From a virus (lineage: Duplodnaviria > Caudoviricetes), in the IMG/VR virus record IMGVR_UViG_3300032092_000208, positions 1 through 26,099 of that record: 26,099 bases of DNA; one strand, given 5' to 3'. The translations under genes and the position numbers were made by a program. Below the pieces are notes generated by a model. That model made no database searches. It saw only the letters and a program-made list of their open reading frames with translations, and was not told the DNA's origin. Positions 25,593-26,099 of this stretch are shown here, in pieces (within the stretch, counting starts at the first letter, position 1; the number at the start of each line of letters is the position of its first letter).

Positions 25593-26048
25593 ATGGCTAC
25601 AAATCTTATTTCTGCTTCCGAAAGAACTGCGCTCAACGCAGTTATGGAGGATATTCATGAGACATTTGCTCGCGAAATCACTGTTTTTAAGGAAGCTTCT
25701 CAAATCGTAATCATTACTGATCCTAACTTTAACCCATTATATAATACCGCTGGTCAAACCACTTCATATGTAAATACACCTGTTTACAAGACTTTCAAAG
25801 TTAGAATTCAATACAATGACGATATTGGTAAAAAATACTGGAGCGAATCAGGTTTAGCTTCTCAGATTAAACTAGAAGCAGTCGTTGGCTCTGTTAGAAT
25901 TAAAATAAGAGCAGAAGATTATGACTATATCAAAGATGGCCGTCGTTTTGATGTAGATGGTAAAAGATTCGTTTTAAATTCTACTTTTAGACCACACGGT
26001 CTATTTGATAATCAATTTTATACAATGTATCTCAAGCCTGATCCATAA
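25593..26048 (+). CDS. Hypothetical virion protein, possible head closure / head-tail joining protein (151 aa)
   Basis: Clean ORF preceded by the GTGTAAA motif. Size and the beta-rich pattern (REITVFK...VRIKIR...RFDVDGKRFVL...YTMYL) fit head-closure proteins. The function is an inference. Confidence 0.45.
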   Translation: MATNLISASERTALNAVMEDIHETFAREITVFKEASQIVIITDPNFNPLYNTAGQTTSYVNTPVYKTFKVRIQYNDDIGKKYWSESGLASQIKLEAVVGSVRIKIRAEDYDYIKDGRRFDVDGKRFVLNSTFRPHGLFDNQFYTMYLKPDP

Positions 26049-26051
26049 GAT

Positions 26052-26099
26052 ATGAATCCCGAATGGATAAAAATGTTTCAAGATTTGCAAGCTGATAAA
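26052..26099 (+). CDS. Partial hypothetical protein (N-terminus MNPEWIKMFQDLQADK..., truncated by the window)
   Basis: ATG 3 nt after the previous stop, open to the window end, with the same AT-ATG context as other starts. Confidence 0.5.
   Translation, partial: MNPEWIKMFQDLQADK

Noticed and set aside
1-26099. Stop-codon reassignment, diversity-generating retroelement, tRNA genes, intrinsic terminators
   Set aside because: Genes tile the window in the standard code. No reverse transcriptase or TR/VR pair was seen, there is no intergenic room for tRNAs, and no convincing GC hairpin plus U-tract was found by eye.

Overview
AT-rich (roughly 30% GC by eye) structural region of a tailed bacteriophage, translated in the standard code and almost fully coding. 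A tightly packed minus-strand tail operon runs from 25537 off the left edge. Its order is: two putative tail-assembly proteins, a 2203-aa TP901-type tape measure protein (TMP), a tube-like protein, a fibre-like protein, a second tube-like protein, a duplicated lambda gpM-like distal tail protein, an 888-aa multidomain adhesin, lambda-like L, K, I and J tail-tip proteins, and a >1146-aa collagen-like fibre that the ORF track missed. A divergent plus-strand gene (possible head-tail joining protein) and a partial ORF end the window. The most striking feature is in the TMP: a repeated G[FY]IPN[FA] motif (5 copies) brackets two globular cassettes of about 180 and 215 aa that carry PD-(D/E)XK nuclease-like signatures. 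This suggests a TMP that doubles as an injected, possibly processed, effector polyprotein. Other notable signals are a GTGTAAA T4-late-like promoter just upstream of SD-less start codons, internal duplication of tube and Dit-type folds, lectin-like insertions in several conserved tip proteins, and a proline-free Gly-Ser/Thr-Ser collagen-like array with recent repeat expansions. All family assignments come from motifs recognised by eye; no searches were run.
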